DNA of 64,000 nt from Candidatus Midichloria sp. Its GTDB lineage: Bacteria > Pseudomonadota > Alphaproteobacteria > Rickettsiales > Midichloriaceae. Below the pieces are notes generated by a model. The model did not search any database and had not been told where the DNA came from. It saw nothing but the letters and a program-made list of their open reading frames with translations. The DNA lies in assembly GCA_030060845.1 (NCBI GenBank), contig CP094379.1, forward strand, positions 67,737 through 131,736. Reading direction: 5' to 3'. A program made the position numbers and the translations under genes. Shown here piece by piece: positions 21,817 through 33,799 of the stretch; within the stretch, counting starts at the first letter, position 1; each line of letters opens with the position of its first letter.

Positions 21817-22749
21817 ATGAATAAATTGAATAAGTTACTTTATGACATTACAGAAATAACCTCAAAGTCAGCTATTGCTTGTTATTCTTGGATAGGTCTT
21901 GGTAATGAGAGAAGCGCAGATCAAGCAGCTGTTGAATCCATAAGAGCTTCCTTAAATAATTTAGAAATCAGTGGAAGAGTTGTAATAGGCGAGGGAGAGA
22001 GAGATAATTCTCCGATGCTATACATAGGAGAATTACTTGGAAAGTCTGGAATAGCTATTGATATAGCAGTTGACCCTCTTGAAGGTACAACAATATGTGC
22101 TCATGATAAACCTGATTCTATATCAGTGCTTGCTATATCTGAGGCATCAAATATGTTAAATGCTCCAGATGTTTATATGGAAAAGATTGCAATAGGTAGA
22201 GATTTGCCTCATGACTTAGTTGATTTAGATGAACCAATTGAAAAGAACTTAAAATCCTTAGCTACTGCTAAAAAATGTTCAGTAAAGGACTTAAATATAT
22301 GTTTATTAAATAGAGCAAGACATACTGAGCTTATAAAAGCTTTAAGATTTCAAGATGTAAGAATCAAATTAATGGATGATGGTGATGTTTTAGCTTGTCT
22401 AAAAATTTGTTTAAAAGGAGGTAATATCGATATGTATCTTGGAATTGGCGGAGCCCCTGAAGGAATATTAGCAGCAGCAGGTCTGAAGTGTTTAGGAGGT
22501 CAAATTCAAGGTCGTCTTATTTTTAATACTCAAGAGGAAATTGATAGAGCTAATTCATTTGGGATAACAGACTTGTCGAGAAAATATAATATCCATGAAA
22601 TGGTGAAAGGAGAGGTTATTATGTCTGCAACTTGGATTACCGATGGGTTTTTTAAGGGAGTTAAGAAGACAGGCGATAATCATTATATTACTGAAACACT
22701 TCTTTTAGCTCCTAATATAATTAGGGTTATTACAACAGAATACAGATAG
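21817..22749 (+). CDS. glpX: Fructose-1,6-bisphosphatase class II
   Basis: VVIGEGERD, DIAVDPLEGT, APDVYMEK, GIGGAPEG. Confidence 0.96.
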   Translation: MNKLNKLLYDITEITSKSAIACYSWIGLGNERSADQAAVESIRASLNNLEISGRVVIGEGERDNSPMLYIGELLGKSGIAIDIAVDPLEGTTICAHDKPDSISVLAISEASNMLNAPDVYMEKIAIGRDLPHDLVDLDEPIEKNLKSLATAKKCSVKDLNICLLNRARHTELIKALRFQDVRIKLMDDGDVLACLKICLKGGNIDMYLGIGGAPEGILAAAGLKCLGGQIQGRLIFNTQEEIDRANSFGITDLSRKYNIHEMVKGEVIMSATWITDGFFKGVKKTGDNHYITETLLLAPNIIRVITTEYR

Positions 22750-22753
22750 TAGG

Positions 22754-23485
22754 ATGATTATAGAAGACCAAGGCATTGTAATTTCTGTGAGAGATTTCGA
22801 AGAGCGTTATGTTATAGTGCAATGCTTTTTAAAAAATAATGGTTTGATGAGTGGATTGATGAGAATTTCTAAATCCAGTAAAACAGATTGCTTACCAGGA
22901 AATATTGTAAATGTTACTTGGAATGCACGTCTTAGGGAGCAACTTGGTCATTATAAATTCGATCTGATAAGAAATACATTGGCTGCTACGGCTTTTGATC
23001 GAACTGCAGTAACTTTTATTAGGGCTGCTATAGCTATGTCTTTGCTTGTCTTACATGAAAAAGAAAAGCAGATAGAATTATTTAATGAATTGGAATTGTT
23101 TTTATTAACTACTTCACAACCCCATTCAGAATTTTTTTATAGTAAGTATCTATCCTTTAAACTTTGCATACTAAAAGCAGGAGGTTTTGGTTTAGAGCTG
23201 AATAAGTGTGTGAGAAGCGGTAAAACAGTAGAGTTAGTATATATTTCACCAAAGTCAGGTGCCGTAGTCAGCAAAGAAGTAGGTGAGCCTTACCATAATA
23301 AGATGATAAAGTTGCCTCAATCTATGCTTAATTTCCAAAAAGGTATATCAGAGCAGGAGCTATATGAATGTTTACAAATAACAGGATATTTTATAGAAAA
23401 GAACATTTTAAGCACAACTGGAAAAAAAATGCCTTTTGAAAGAGAATTAATGTTAGAAGTTCTGCGAGCAAATTATGAAAATTAA
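22754..23485 (+). CDS. recO: DNA repair protein RecO
   Basis: DQGIVIS N-terminus, WNARLREQLG, GFGLELNKC, YISPKSGAVVS. Confidence 0.9.
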   Translation: MIIEDQGIVISVRDFEERYVIVQCFLKNNGLMSGLMRISKSSKTDCLPGNIVNVTWNARLREQLGHYKFDLIRNTLAATAFDRTAVTFIRAAIAMSLLVLHEKEKQIELFNELELFLLTTSQPHSEFFYSKYLSFKLCILKAGGFGLELNKCVRSGKTVELVYISPKSGAVVSKEVGEPYHNKMIKLPQSMLNFQKGISEQELYECLQITGYFIEKNILSTTGKKMPFERELMLEVLRANYEN

Positions 23486-23627
23486 TATACAACTATGGAA
23501 GTCTAATTAATGAGATTTTTTTATGTCTGTTGTAAAGGACTATAGTACTAAAGTTTTTCAGTTTTATAAAAAGCAAAATCAATTGATGCTGGTTGTAATT
23601 GCAGCTATTATAGAGATATGTCTTTAG

Positions 23628-25844
23628 ATGTTATCAGGAATATTTCATAAAAAAGTTAAAATGAATGAAAAAGTTGCTCCTCAAGCTTCTTATAAAACTT
23701 TAAAGCCAGTCTCTCAACTAAGGCATAGTATATTAAATATCGGTGGAGTTGCAGAGTCAAAGAAGAAAAATAGGGGAAAAGTTGTAACCTGTAGAACAAA
23801 ACAAATGGACATAACTAACTTTGAATTTGGCAGTGAGACCTTTTTAAAAGTATCTAATTTTCTTAATAATTTGAATGCAGGAACAGTTATAGTGGATTGG
23901 GCAATTGCTAAGAATTTAAACGTAGATCAAAAGCATACAGTTATTACATCAAATTCCAAAGTGGTATTTAGTCAGGCTATTAATAATATTTATCTTGTAT
24001 TACCTAATTTTGGTATAGATTGGAATTTTATTAACGCTGTTACCATGAATCCAAAAAATAAAATTTTCACTATAGGTTATGGAGAAAAATTAGAATTCAC
24101 AAGTGTATTCAAGATTGAGGGTCAGGTAGTTAACTTTAATAAGCAGAAAATGCTAGAACTTTTATTTAGTTCGAATAAAGATTTTTTAGAGCTACAAGGT
24201 AATAAGGCCTTACTAAAAGAAAAGTTTAACATTTTAAATGCTAAATCAAAAGTTGATGAAAGTGAGCAAATAGCAGATTTTATTGTGCAAAATCCAAAGA
24301 AAAAAATTGCTATAATGGCTAATCAGGAAATTGCTTCAATTTTAGATGTAGCTTTAAGCGCAAGAAAAATTAAATTTCATAATGGAGTAAATAAAAAGTT
24401 TACTATAGAAGAAAAGAATTTTCTTAAAATTGCTTACTATTTATCAAAAAAGGAAATCAATGAAACTTCAGATATAAAAATGATGAGGGAAGGTGTTAAT
24501 ATAATTAAAATTAAAGCCCTGCACCAAGAATTTCAAAAATCTGAATGTATTCAAGAAATGTTTGAGATTAATTTAAGGGCTTACGAACAAATTACCCAAG
24601 AGATTTTTCATTTAAAAAATCCGGAGTTAGAAAATTTTGAGTTACTGGGCGCTAATTATTTTGAACTATTTTTAAACCTTTTGGGTAACAAAGGTAAATA
24701 TGCTGGTAGTAATATCGTGATTGTTAATATAAATGATATCATTAATAATTTTGATTTTTGTATTTTTACTCATATAACTTTGGAAGAATATTATCAACTT
24801 GAGAAAAAAACTTTAGAATTTCTTACTAAGCAAGAAATTAAAACAGTGCTTGCATATAAAATTGCTGCAAATATTTTTTGTAATAAGGAAGTTTATGTGA
24901 GCTATAATACTAATATAAATAATATTTTATATTGGTTTGAGTTAATACATAAGTTGTTAGAGTGTTCTCAAAGTACTCAAAATGAATATAGAGAAGAAAT
25001 TCAATATAGAAGCCCTGTAATAGCAGTAAACAAAGAAGACTTGCCTAAGGAAATTTCAGTTACCGCAGTTGAAAAGTTAATTAGAGATCCTTACCTGTAT
25101 TACATCAATCATATACTTGGGTTAAAGATGCCTAAGCTGAGCGAGGAGGAAGATTTAGAAAAGCTTTTCGGTATAGTTCTTCATGAAATTTTATCAATTA
25201 TGGTTTATAAATTTAAAGCAGAATCAACCGAGTATATAAGTCAGTTTATAGCAATTACTAGAGATATCCTTGCCAAATATAACTTGACCTCACCAATGGT
25301 TCATCACTTATGGGTAGCAAAATTTGAAAAAATAGCTCACTGGTTTTGGCAATATGAAAGCTCTGTAGTTTTTGCTAGGGATAAGATATTAACAGAAGTT
25401 GAGAGTTGGATGATAATTAACCTTGCACAAGATACAAATATAAAATTGTCAGCTCAGATTGATAGAATTGATGTGATGAAGGATGGCAGCATTCATATTA
25501 TAGATTATAAAAGCGGGAATTTACCAAGCAATAAAGATATTGCTACAGGTTTAAGTCCACAAATGCCACTGGAAGCTTTAATTGTCAAAAATGGCTATAT
25601 CAATGGTGGCAAGATGAAAGTACAAAATGGTAAACTGCGTCTGTATTATTTGCACTTGACTGGTAGACATAATATCGGCTCAGTAAAAGAGATAGAATAT
25701 GATTTAGGGACTACCCAAGAACAGTTAACTAAACTATTACACAAGTTTTGGATTGATAGCCCACGCTTTTTCTTTAATAATACTGATAATAAAAGTTATC
25801 AAGCAGATTATTATAGGCACTTTGTACGTTTTAACGAATATTAG
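23628..25844 (+). CDS. AddB-like double-strand-break repair protein (PD-(D/E)XK nuclease C-terminus)
   Basis: ISVTAVEKLIRDPY, FGIVLHEIL, AQIDRIDV...IIDYKSG, GLSPQMPLEA; divergent N-terminus. Confidence 0.75.
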   Translation: MLSGIFHKKVKMNEKVAPQASYKTLKPVSQLRHSILNIGGVAESKKKNRGKVVTCRTKQMDITNFEFGSETFLKVSNFLNNLNAGTVIVDWAIAKNLNVDQKHTVITSNSKVVFSQAINNIYLVLPNFGIDWNFINAVTMNPKNKIFTIGYGEKLEFTSVFKIEGQVVNFNKQKMLELLFSSNKDFLELQGNKALLKEKFNILNAKSKVDESEQIADFIVQNPKKKIAIMANQEIASILDVALSARKIKFHNGVNKKFTIEEKNFLKIAYYLSKKEINETSDIKMMREGVNIIKIKALHQEFQKSECIQEMFEINLRAYEQITQEIFHLKNPELENFELLGANYFELFLNLLGNKGKYAGSNIVIVNINDIINNFDFCIFTHITLEEYYQLEKKTLEFLTKQEIKTVLAYKIAANIFCNKEVYVSYNTNINNILYWFELIHKLLECSQSTQNEYREEIQYRSPVIAVNKEDLPKEISVTAVEKLIRDPYLYYINHILGLKMPKLSEEEDLEKLFGIVLHEILSIMVYKFKAESTEYISQFIAITRDILAKYNLTSPMVHHLWVAKFEKIAHWFWQYESSVVFARDKILTEVESWMIINLAQDTNIKLSAQIDRIDVMKDGSIHIIDYKSGNLPSNKDIATGLSPQMPLEALIVKNGYINGGKMKVQNGKLRLYYLHLTGRHNIGSVKEIEYDLGTTQEQLTKLLHKFWIDSPRFFFNNTDNKSYQADYYRHFVRFNEY

Positions 25845-26149
25845 CTATTACAAATTTTGATATCATAAAATAAAGCGAGTTAACAATGAAAACCGCTGGC
25901 CTTCGGCCAGTTGGACACAAAGCGTCCAAGGCTAACTGTTTAAAAAAAGCAGCAGAGTGCCATTTCTAGTAACCTATACTATTATCAAAGTTCTTATCTT
26001 TACACCTTGCTTAAGCAAGCCTTTCCAGTTAAGAAAGTGTATATATATCTTCTGCTACAAAGTTGTTTGATACAACCATTGAGCTAATCCCTACAACTTG
26101 CTGAATTGAGGTGAGGCTTGCAGCCAAATTCTATCATGCCTTGCAATGT

Positions 26150-26490
26150 TCCATAAGCAATACCAAGCAGATTGGCAGTCATCAGTACAAAATGATATTG
26201 CCATTAGTCCTCCAAATGTTGCATCATAGGCTATATTCAATAAGTAATAGCTAATACCAGTGTTTTCTTCTAAAATAAACTGGTTTTAAGATATTATGAT
26301 ATGCATGTCTTGAAGCATAGGCAGCAGAACTTAAAATTAGAGCGCACTTTTACTTAAACATGGATACTTCACCTTGTGCTAGGGGAGGCTATAGTAAACA
26401 ATAATCCACCAATAAAGTATGCTGGAATCTATGGTATTTCATTGCTGAACTTCTTAGCTGAAGATTGTCTTTTAAGTGCAGGAATGACTT
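26150..26490 (-). pseudogene. Second degraded MHS-type MFS transporter relic
   Basis: TGISYYLLNIAYDATFGG and VIPAL...YFIGG fragments. Confidence 0.35.
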
Positions 26491-26497
26491 CAGTGAA

Positions 26498-26569
26498 GAT
26501 AAACTTCATACTACTTTCTTTAGATTTATTGCTTTATCTCTTATTAAAACTTCAGGGTTGTTAACACTT
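26498..26569 (+). mobile_element. IS5-family 3' terminal scar (72 bp)
   Basis: Nearly identical to 15290-15361, including the terminal repeat CAGGGTTGTTAACACTT. Confidence 0.75.
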
Positions 26570-26853
26570 CCTAACATATATGTGGCTAATCAAAACAGAG
26601 TAGCTGATATAACTAATTCTGCCCTGCCTTCATATGAGGTAGTAATGCCTGCTGCTTTTTCAATGACTGATATTGCATAGTTTAATCCAGAAGTAATAAA
26701 GGCTAATTCTTGAGATTAAGCTATTACGATGGTTGACACTCCTCTCTTTCTTATATAAACTATCTTTTTGCAGGTGCTTTTGCTATTAGGCTTGTTGAAT
26801 TTTATTAAATATGATAATCAATATACTAAAACTGGTAATTTACAAGAGATACT

Positions 26854-28335
26854 ATGTCTTATCTAGGACAAATCATAAAAGGTAAAAGAGAGTGGGAAGT
26901 TGTAGTAGGTTTGGAGGTTCATACCCAGATTACTTCAGAATCAAAGCTATTTTCAAGAAGCAAAACAGAATTTGGTGCTGAACCAAATTCACAGGTATCT
27001 TTTACAGATGCTGCAATGCCCGGAACGTTACCTTCTATAAATGGAAAATGCGTCGAACAAGCAGTCAAAACTGGCTTAGTGCTTGGTGCTCAGATTAATC
27101 TTTTTTCATATTTTGATAGAAAAAATTATTTTTACCCAGATCTACCACAAGGCTACCAAATATCTCAGTTCAGACACCCAATAGTTAGTAATGGAAGAAT
27201 TACAATAGAGCTGCCAGATAAACAAGTTAAAACTATAGGGGTAACCAGGATACACATCGAGCAAGATGCTGGTAAAAGTATCCATGATCAGAGTCCTGAT
27301 GAAACTTTTGTGGATTTAAATCGCTCAGGAATAGCTTTAATGGAGATTGTTACAGAACCAGATATGAGAAGTAGCAAAGAAGCAGCAGAGTTCTTAAAAA
27401 AACTGCGTTCAATACTACGATATTTAGGAAGTTGTGATGGAGATATGGAAAAGGGTTCTATGAGGTGTGATGCAAATGTTTCTGTTAGGCCATTAGGAAG
27501 CGATAAATATGGCACAAGAGTTGAGATAAAAAACGTCAATTCTGTAAAATTTGTGATTAAGGCAATAAATTATGAAGCAATGAGGCAGGTTGAATTAATT
27601 GAATCAGGGAGGGAGGTCCTACAAGAAACAAGGCTTTTCGATTCAAATGAAGAGGTGACAAAGCCAATGCGTACTAAAGAAGATGCAGTTGATTATAGAT
27701 ATTTCCCTGATCCAGATCTGTTACCTCTGATTTTGTCGGAAGAATATGTTGAAAATATTAGAAAAGTATTACCAGAATTACCAGATGCAAAAATTGCAAG
27801 GTACATAAGTACAATGGGAATCTCTCTATATGACGCGAATGTAATTGTTGCAGATAAAAATATTGCGGATTATTTTGAAGCAACCGCAGCTTTAACAGAT
27901 CCAAAGCTCGCAGCAAACTGGATTATAGCAGAATTATTTGGCAAACTTAACAAGACTAACCTAGAAATCACTACCTCACCAATAAAACCTGGTGATCTTG
28001 CTGAATTAATTGAGCTTATAAGAAAGAAAGTGGTTTCTGGGAAGATTGCTAAACAAGTTTTTGAATTGATGTTTGAGACTCAGGAAGAACCGAAAGCTTT
28101 AATAGAAAAACATGGGTTAGTGCAGGTTACAAACAATGATGAAATCGAAAAATTTGTTGATCAGGTTCTTGCTGCTAACCCTGGAAAAGTTGCCGAATAT
28201 AGAGCTGGTAAAGAAAAACTTTTTGTTTTTTTTGTAGGTCAAGTTATGCAAATTTCAGAAGGTAAAGTAAACCCTTCTATCCTTAATAAGATATTAAAAA
28301 AGAAATTACGACTCATAAGTCATGATGAAGAATGA
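26854..28335 (+). CDS. gatB: Asp-tRNA(Asn)/Glu-tRNA(Gln) amidotransferase subunit B
   Basis: [52 protein letters not shown]. Confidence 0.99.
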   Translation: MSYLGQIIKGKREWEVVVGLEVHTQITSESKLFSRSKTEFGAEPNSQVSFTDAAMPGTLPSINGKCVEQAVKTGLVLGAQINLFSYFDRKNYFYPDLPQGYQISQFRHPIVSNGRITIELPDKQVKTIGVTRIHIEQDAGKSIHDQSPDETFVDLNRSGIALMEIVTEPDMRSSKEAAEFLKKLRSILRYLGSCDGDMEKGSMRCDANVSVRPLGSDKYGTRVEIKNVNSVKFVIKAINYEAMRQVELIESGREVLQETRLFDSNEEVTKPMRTKEDAVDYRYFPDPDLLPLILSEEYVENIRKVLPELPDAKIARYISTMGISLYDANVIVADKNIADYFEATAALTDPKLAANWIIAELFGKLNKTNLEITTSPIKPGDLAELIELIRKKVVSGKIAKQVFELMFETQEEPKALIEKHGLVQVTNNDEIEKFVDQVLAANPGKVAEYRAGKEKLFVFFVGQVMQISEGKVNPSILNKILKKKLRLISHDEE

Positions 28336-29640
28336 GAGTACTTAAAATCCTCTCAGTAGTCCTTTGTATATTATCTTTGTTTTATAGAACCTGTTATCGC
28401 AAAGGAAAAACCAATTAAAGATGGAGATAAAGTTGATAAGATATCAGTTCTTAAAAAAGGAGTAGTAAATGTTAAAGTAAACTTCATAAAAAGTGCTTAT
28501 AACATTAAGGGAGAATACTTTGATAGTGGATTTTTAGTAGATAAAAAATTATGGTTAGTTCTAACAAATGCTCATATAGCAAAATCTTCAGAATTACAGG
28601 GATTACTTTTGACTTTTTTGATGGCAAGGAGATACAAGCAAAACTAGTTTACCAAGATTCCTGGCAAGATTTATCTGTTTTAAAAATAGATCCAGCTGAA
28701 TTACCTCACGATTGCTTTGAACTTGAGTTGGTTAACTATGAACATAAGACCGAACAAAAGATTCTAATTATTGGTAATAATCAGAATAATAATTTTTCTA
28801 TCCAAGAAGGAGTAATTAATTCTTTGTATAATACTGCTTCATTTTCCCCCAAGACAGCATTTGACAATTAGCATCAATGTAAAAGAGGGAGCCAGCTGCT
28901 CTCCGATTTTTAATAAAAAGGGCAAGTTATAGGAATTGTTTTTAGTGGCAATGATGCATTTGTTAATGGCCTTCCCGCGCAATATATCAACGATGTATTA
29001 TCCGTATTAAAGGATAGTAAGATTCCTAATAGAAAAGACACTGGTACGATTCTAAATTTTTGTTCTCTAGGCTGATTAGTAAAATTTTATAACTTTCCAA
29101 AAAAGATAGCAGACAATTATATAATAAAAAATCCGTCTTACATGAATTTAGCTCTCATAGTAAGAGGTTCTTTACCTAAACACCAGCTGAAAAATTGTTA
29201 AATTCTAGTGATGTAATCTGGGGGATTAATGGTAAAGAGATTGGAGCTAATCTTTTTTATTTACTTCAAGAACTAATAAATGAAGCTAGTGATAAGGTGA
29301 GCTTAACTATATATAGAAATGGTCAAAACAAGATATTAATGTAAATTTATACGACCTTAATAAAGCAAAATTAAAACGCATGCTATTAGTTGTGAATACT
29401 GTATTTTTGAAGCGGATGATACCATGCGTGCTGTCTATGGCACTTCTCTTGATACTGTATTAGTTTAAAAAACATCAAATAAAAAACCAAGCTTTGATGC
29501 TCTCCCCTATGGAAGATTCCAAAACTTTGGTTATATGCAATTAGCTCAAATATTAAATATTGATCATCAACTGGTTAATTCGGTTGATGATATAGCTAAT
29601 TGTACTCAAGCTGGTATTACTGGAATTTGATGATAATACT
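28332..29640 (+). pseudogene. Trypsin-like (S1C/HtrA, Nma111-like) serine protease, fragmented
   Basis: SGFLVDKK..LVLTNAH (28561-28575), LVYQDSWQDLSVLKIDP, ILIIGNN..FSIQEG, GASCSPIFN (catalytic-Ser motif at 28888), PDZ-like GDVIWGING fragment. Confidence 0.7.
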
Positions 29641-29700
29641 CTTGAATAGAAATCAAAATTTATATTAAATCAAGATAGTATAGAGCAAAAATAAAAAACC

Positions 29701-30171
29701 ATGCGTAAACATTATTTTCATCTACTTTTGGCGATATCAATATTGGTGCTTAGTAGCGCTTACATTGGTGAATTTTTTTTAGAAATATACCCCTGCCAGC
29801 TCTGTTATTATCAACGCTATGTCTATTTTATGCTATTGGTTTTCTCATTAATCTTTATATTAAAGCCAGATATTAATAAGATTATTTCCTTGTTGACAAC
29901 TTTTTTGATTTTGTTTACGGGTTTTATTATTTCATTTTTTCATTCAGGAGTTGAAAGACATTGGTTTAAATATGATGCTGTCTGCACCAGTTTTTCAGAA
30001 TCTCTAAATTCAGTAGAACAGATGGTTAGAAATATAGAAGGTTCTCTAATAGCAGCTTGCAGTACTTTAGGGCCGCAATTACTTGGATTAACTATGGCAA
30101 ACTGGAATACTATATTGTTAGGGTTCTTGTATTGCGTGACATTTTTTATATATTGCAAAGATCAAAAATAG
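29701..30171 (+). CDS. dsbB: Disulfide bond formation protein B family
   Basis: PCQLCYYQR, four TM helices, SFFHSGVE, LGLTMANWN. Confidence 0.88.
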   Translation: MRKHYFHLLLAISILVLSSAYIGEFFLEIYPCQLCYYQRYVYFMLLVFSLIFILKPDINKIISLLTTFLILFTGFIISFFHSGVERHWFKYDAVCTSFSESLNSVEQMVRNIEGSLIAACSTLGPQLLGLTMANWNTILLGFLYCVTFFIYCKDQK

Positions 30172-30177
30172 AAGCTT

Positions 30178-30690
30178 ATGTCAAAAAAAATAGCAGAAAT
30201 TATAAGAGTAAATCAGGCAGGAGAATATGGTGCAAAGCGTATCTATGAAGGGCAAATGGCTGCTTTATCTGAGCCTACCTCTTTGAGGAAAATAGAGCAT
30301 ATGTATAAACAGGAATTGGAGCATTTAAACTACTTTAATCTGGAAATGGTTAAAAAAAGGGTGCGCCCAACATTTATGTTGCCTATTTGGAATATAGGCG
30401 CATATGCACTTGGATATATTTCTGGTAAATTTGGGATTAAAGCTGCTATGGCTTGCATTGCAGCAGTTGAAGAAGTAATAGAAGGTCATTATCAAGATCA
30501 TATAGATTATCTAGAAAACTATAAAGAGGAGCAAGCTTTAAAAGAAAAAATAAAAAAATTTCAAAGTGATGAAGTAGAACATAAAATCACTGGATTAAAT
30601 AGCTCAACTGAAGAACTGCATTACCAAATATTTAAAGTTGGAGTTAGATCTTTAACTAGGGTTGCTATAAAAATCTCAAAAAAGATTTAA
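30178..30690 (+). CDS. coq7: Demethoxyubiquinone hydroxylase (Coq7)
   Basis: IRVNQAGEYGAKRIYEGQ, ELEHL, VRPT, AVEEVIEGHY, DEVEH di-iron motifs. Confidence 0.93.
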   Translation: MSKKIAEIIRVNQAGEYGAKRIYEGQMAALSEPTSLRKIEHMYKQELEHLNYFNLEMVKKRVRPTFMLPIWNIGAYALGYISGKFGIKAAMACIAAVEEVIEGHYQDHIDYLENYKEEQALKEKIKKFQSDEVEHKITGLNSSTEELHYQIFKVGVRSLTRVAIKISKKI

Positions 30691-30754
30691 ATAGTAGCAG
30701 TAACTAGATTTACTAATTATAAAAAAAGCCTTATATTTTATACTTGGGGTATTT

Positions 30755-31318
30755 ATGCTAGGGCAGTGTAGTTGCTAATCTGGTCAGATCCAAAAAGAAG
30801 CAGCCATAACAATCAAGTTGGGTCTAGCTTTTCCCCCTTGTATCTTTTAGTGAGTTGCTTAATCTTGGGTTTTGATAAGTGTACAAAGCAGTTTTGAATT
30901 AGAAAAGCATGGTTTTGAAATAGCAGTTATTGAAACAAATAGCGATGCAAATGTCTCTGCCTCAAAAGATTTGCCTGAAAATTAGATATGCACTCTATCA
31001 TGGCAAACGCAGATACTAAACTTGACTAAAAAATCTTTAAAAAATGTGCCGTATGTCATACTGTTGAAAAAGGAGGAGCTAGTAAAATTAGTCCAAATCT
31101 TTGGGGTATAGTAAATGCTATTACTGCATAAAAATCAGACCTTGCAATATTCTGCTGCTATGCCTGCTCGTGCTCAGCAAAATCTAAAGTGGGACTCATT
31201 ATATAGATGTTTACATGCCCCTAAAAAACTAGTTCCTGGAACGAAAATGGCTTTTGCAGGCCTCAAGAAAGATGATGAAAGAGTAAAATTTAATAGCATA
31301 CTTAAGAATGTTGTCTAA
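30755..31318 (+). pseudogene. Membrane-anchored cytochrome c (CycM/c2-like), frameshifted
   Basis: [24 protein letters not shown] (CxxCH at 31045-31059) and APKKLVPGTKMAFAGLKK in a different frame. Confidence 0.88.
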
Positions 31319-31512
31319 CTCCCCCTCCTAAATTACCATAAAGGCTTCACTTTTTAAAAGTGTATTTTAGTATAAATACGATATGTTAATGCAATTTGGT
31401 GTTGCAAAAAAGTCATTATTTGTTTTTTTTAATCTTTAAAAAGATATTTTTATATACTTAAAAATAAAAAGATTTTAGTTAGCTTTTTATATAAACAAAA
31501 TAAGAGATTTTT

Positions 31513-32880
31513 ATGCTTAAAAAAACACTGCTTGCAACTACATTTATAGTTGCATCTTCTTCTATAGCTTACGCAGAAGTTTCTTTCAATGCTGAAAACG
31601 ATAAAACCTCCCTAAATATTGGAGGTTCTTTGACAGTGACATCTCCAGCAGTAACCCAAACTGGACAATTCAAAAAATTAGGTAGAAACCAAAACGGAAA
31701 TATTATTGTTAATGAGAATTTAAGTTTTAATAAATTTGCTGTTTCAGCTAATCTATCTTTTGATGTCAATTTCAAGCCAGATGAAGATAGTTGTTACGGC
31801 TTTTTTACAAAATTAAATACCATTACCTCAGCATTAACTGCTAGCGGAAATCCAGAACATTCTGATAAAACTATGATCTATTTAGAAAATAAGACATTTG
31901 GTAGGTTAGAAGCAGGGAGCCATAATAGCGCTTATGACAGAATTAAAATAGCACCCTCTGCCCTAGCTATTGGTACTGGTGGTATTGATGGGGATCTTTA
32001 TAACTTCTTTATCAGCGGAGCTTTTTTAGCTAAGAATAATCCTTTAACTTATTCTAATGCTTCTTGTGCTTTCCACACAAGCGTTAATTTACCGGCCTCA
32101 GATGCAACACGCGCTAATAAAATTACTTATTACACACCAAATTACAACGGACTTGCAATTGGATTGAGCTTCACTCCAGATACTGAACATCAAGGTACAA
32201 TTTTTGATGTAACAAGCGGGCAAATAGGAAAAAAAGGCCTAGGATATACAGATACTATAGAAACTGCTATTAGATACGAAGCTACAACAAACGATGTTAA
32301 TCACGGACTTTCTTTAGTTGGAAATTTTGGCAAATCGAAGGATTATCAAGAACCAAATGGTAATACCTTCAAACGTAATAACCTTATGGCATTTGAAGTT
32401 GCTACTAGTCTTGCTTTCAAAGGATTTAAGCTTGCTGCAGCGTATGGTTACCTAGGTAAATCCGGTACTATCAAATCTATTACTGATAACAACAATCATG
32501 GTGTTGCGGTAACTGATTACTTAAAAGGTAAACCTGCAAATGATTTCTATTCATTAGGTGCAGCTTATGAGTCCAATAAAGTTGGAACAAGTGTTACTTA
32601 CTTAAATTCTTCTGCTTTAGGATTGCTAGCAAAAGATGAAGGTCAGAATATAATTAAACTTGATCAAGATGGTAATAAAAACAGGTTCCAAGCTTTGTCA
32701 GTTGGTGTAAGCTATAAGATATTTGAAAACTTAGCTGCATTCGTTGAATATGCTCACTTTCAGTATACTAAAAAGAGTGGCGCTAGCGTGGGAGTTGTTC
32801 CAGCTTACAGACCAATAACTAATAAATTTAGCTTAAATAAAGGTAATGTAGTTTTGGCTGGCTTAAAAGTTGGATTCTAA
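31513..32880 (+). CDS. Outer-membrane beta-barrel porin
   Basis: Signal peptide MLKKTLLATT...AYA, FGRLEAG, KITYYTP, amphipathic strands, C-terminal Phe. Confidence 0.85.
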   Translation: MLKKTLLATTFIVASSSIAYAEVSFNAENDKTSLNIGGSLTVTSPAVTQTGQFKKLGRNQNGNIIVNENLSFNKFAVSANLSFDVNFKPDEDSCYGFFTKLNTITSALTASGNPEHSDKTMIYLENKTFGRLEAGSHNSAYDRIKIAPSALAIGTGGIDGDLYNFFISGAFLAKNNPLTYSNASCAFHTSVNLPASDATRANKITYYTPNYNGLAIGLSFTPDTEHQGTIFDVTSGQIGKKGLGYTDTIETAIRYEATTNDVNHGLSLVGNFGKSKDYQEPNGNTFKRNNLMAFEVATSLAFKGFKLAAAYGYLGKSGTIKSITDNNNHGVAVTDYLKGKPANDFYSLGAAYESNKVGTSVTYLNSSALGLLAKDEGQNIIKLDQDGNKNRFQALSVGVSYKIFENLAAFVEYAHFQYTKKSGASVGVVPAYRPITNKFSLNKGNVVLAGLKVGF

Positions 32881-32984
32881 TTAACTGAAAATTTAAGAAG
32901 TTTAAAAAGCCAGAGGTAATAGTCTAGCTTTCTTGTTTGTACCTAGGACACCATCAGAAAAAACGGAGTACACATAAGAAATAA

Positions 32985-33783
32985 CCCAAGATAAGTGGAT
33001 CAAGTTTATCAAATCGCATAGCTAATCTACAGTTTGTTTTAATCCTAGCAAATAAACTCTCTATTCTATACCTCTCCATTTATAAATGGTCTTTATATCA
33101 AATCTAAAATTCACTCTTCTATTCCTTTTATTAGGTATCTCATGCTCAATGTCATTATCTTTAACCAGCTTCGTATTTTATCCGTACCATAAGCCTTTAT
33201 TTCCATCTTTTTACATCAGCACAATTTAGCATCTCCGTCATCTCACTTATCATCTTACAATCAGAATGCGCTGCTCCTGTAACCTGAAATATCTTCTTCT
33301 CTCATTATAACATGTATTTTTATACCCTTAACTGCTACGTTTTTACCTATACTTTGCTTACCTATCTTTCTAACGCTCCAGTTCCATGATAGTGCACTTT
33401 TATTGCAGTTGAGTCCATAAACACTATATCTATTTTCAATATCTTCTCCTGTTCTAAGGCGTATAAAATCAGCCATAATAAACCATCTTCATTACGTTTT
33501 TTAAACCTGCTAATATTCGTATGCCAGAGACCATATTCTTTAGGGCAATCTCCCCTCCAGGATACTGATATGCTTAGTATCTTCAGCACCACACAAAAAC
33601 AACTGATAATGACTAATTTTTAGGGCCTCACTCAAATGGGTGTCGTATGCTTTTCTATTATTGGTAACATCTCTTTGTTAAATAGATCTTCTGATATTTG
33701 ATATAGACGATCTGACATTTCTTTCTTTTTTAGATGATAGTATATCACAATCCTTTCTTGGTTCAACATGGTTGTTAATACTT
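32985..33783 (-). mobile_element. IS5-family element, most complete copy in the window (degraded)
   Basis: SWRGDCPKEYGLWHT..SRF and VFMDSTAIKVH (DUF4096 + DDE start); left terminal repeat AAGTATTAACAACCATG. Confidence 0.85.
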
Positions 33784-33799
33784 ACTAATACAGAAAGGC

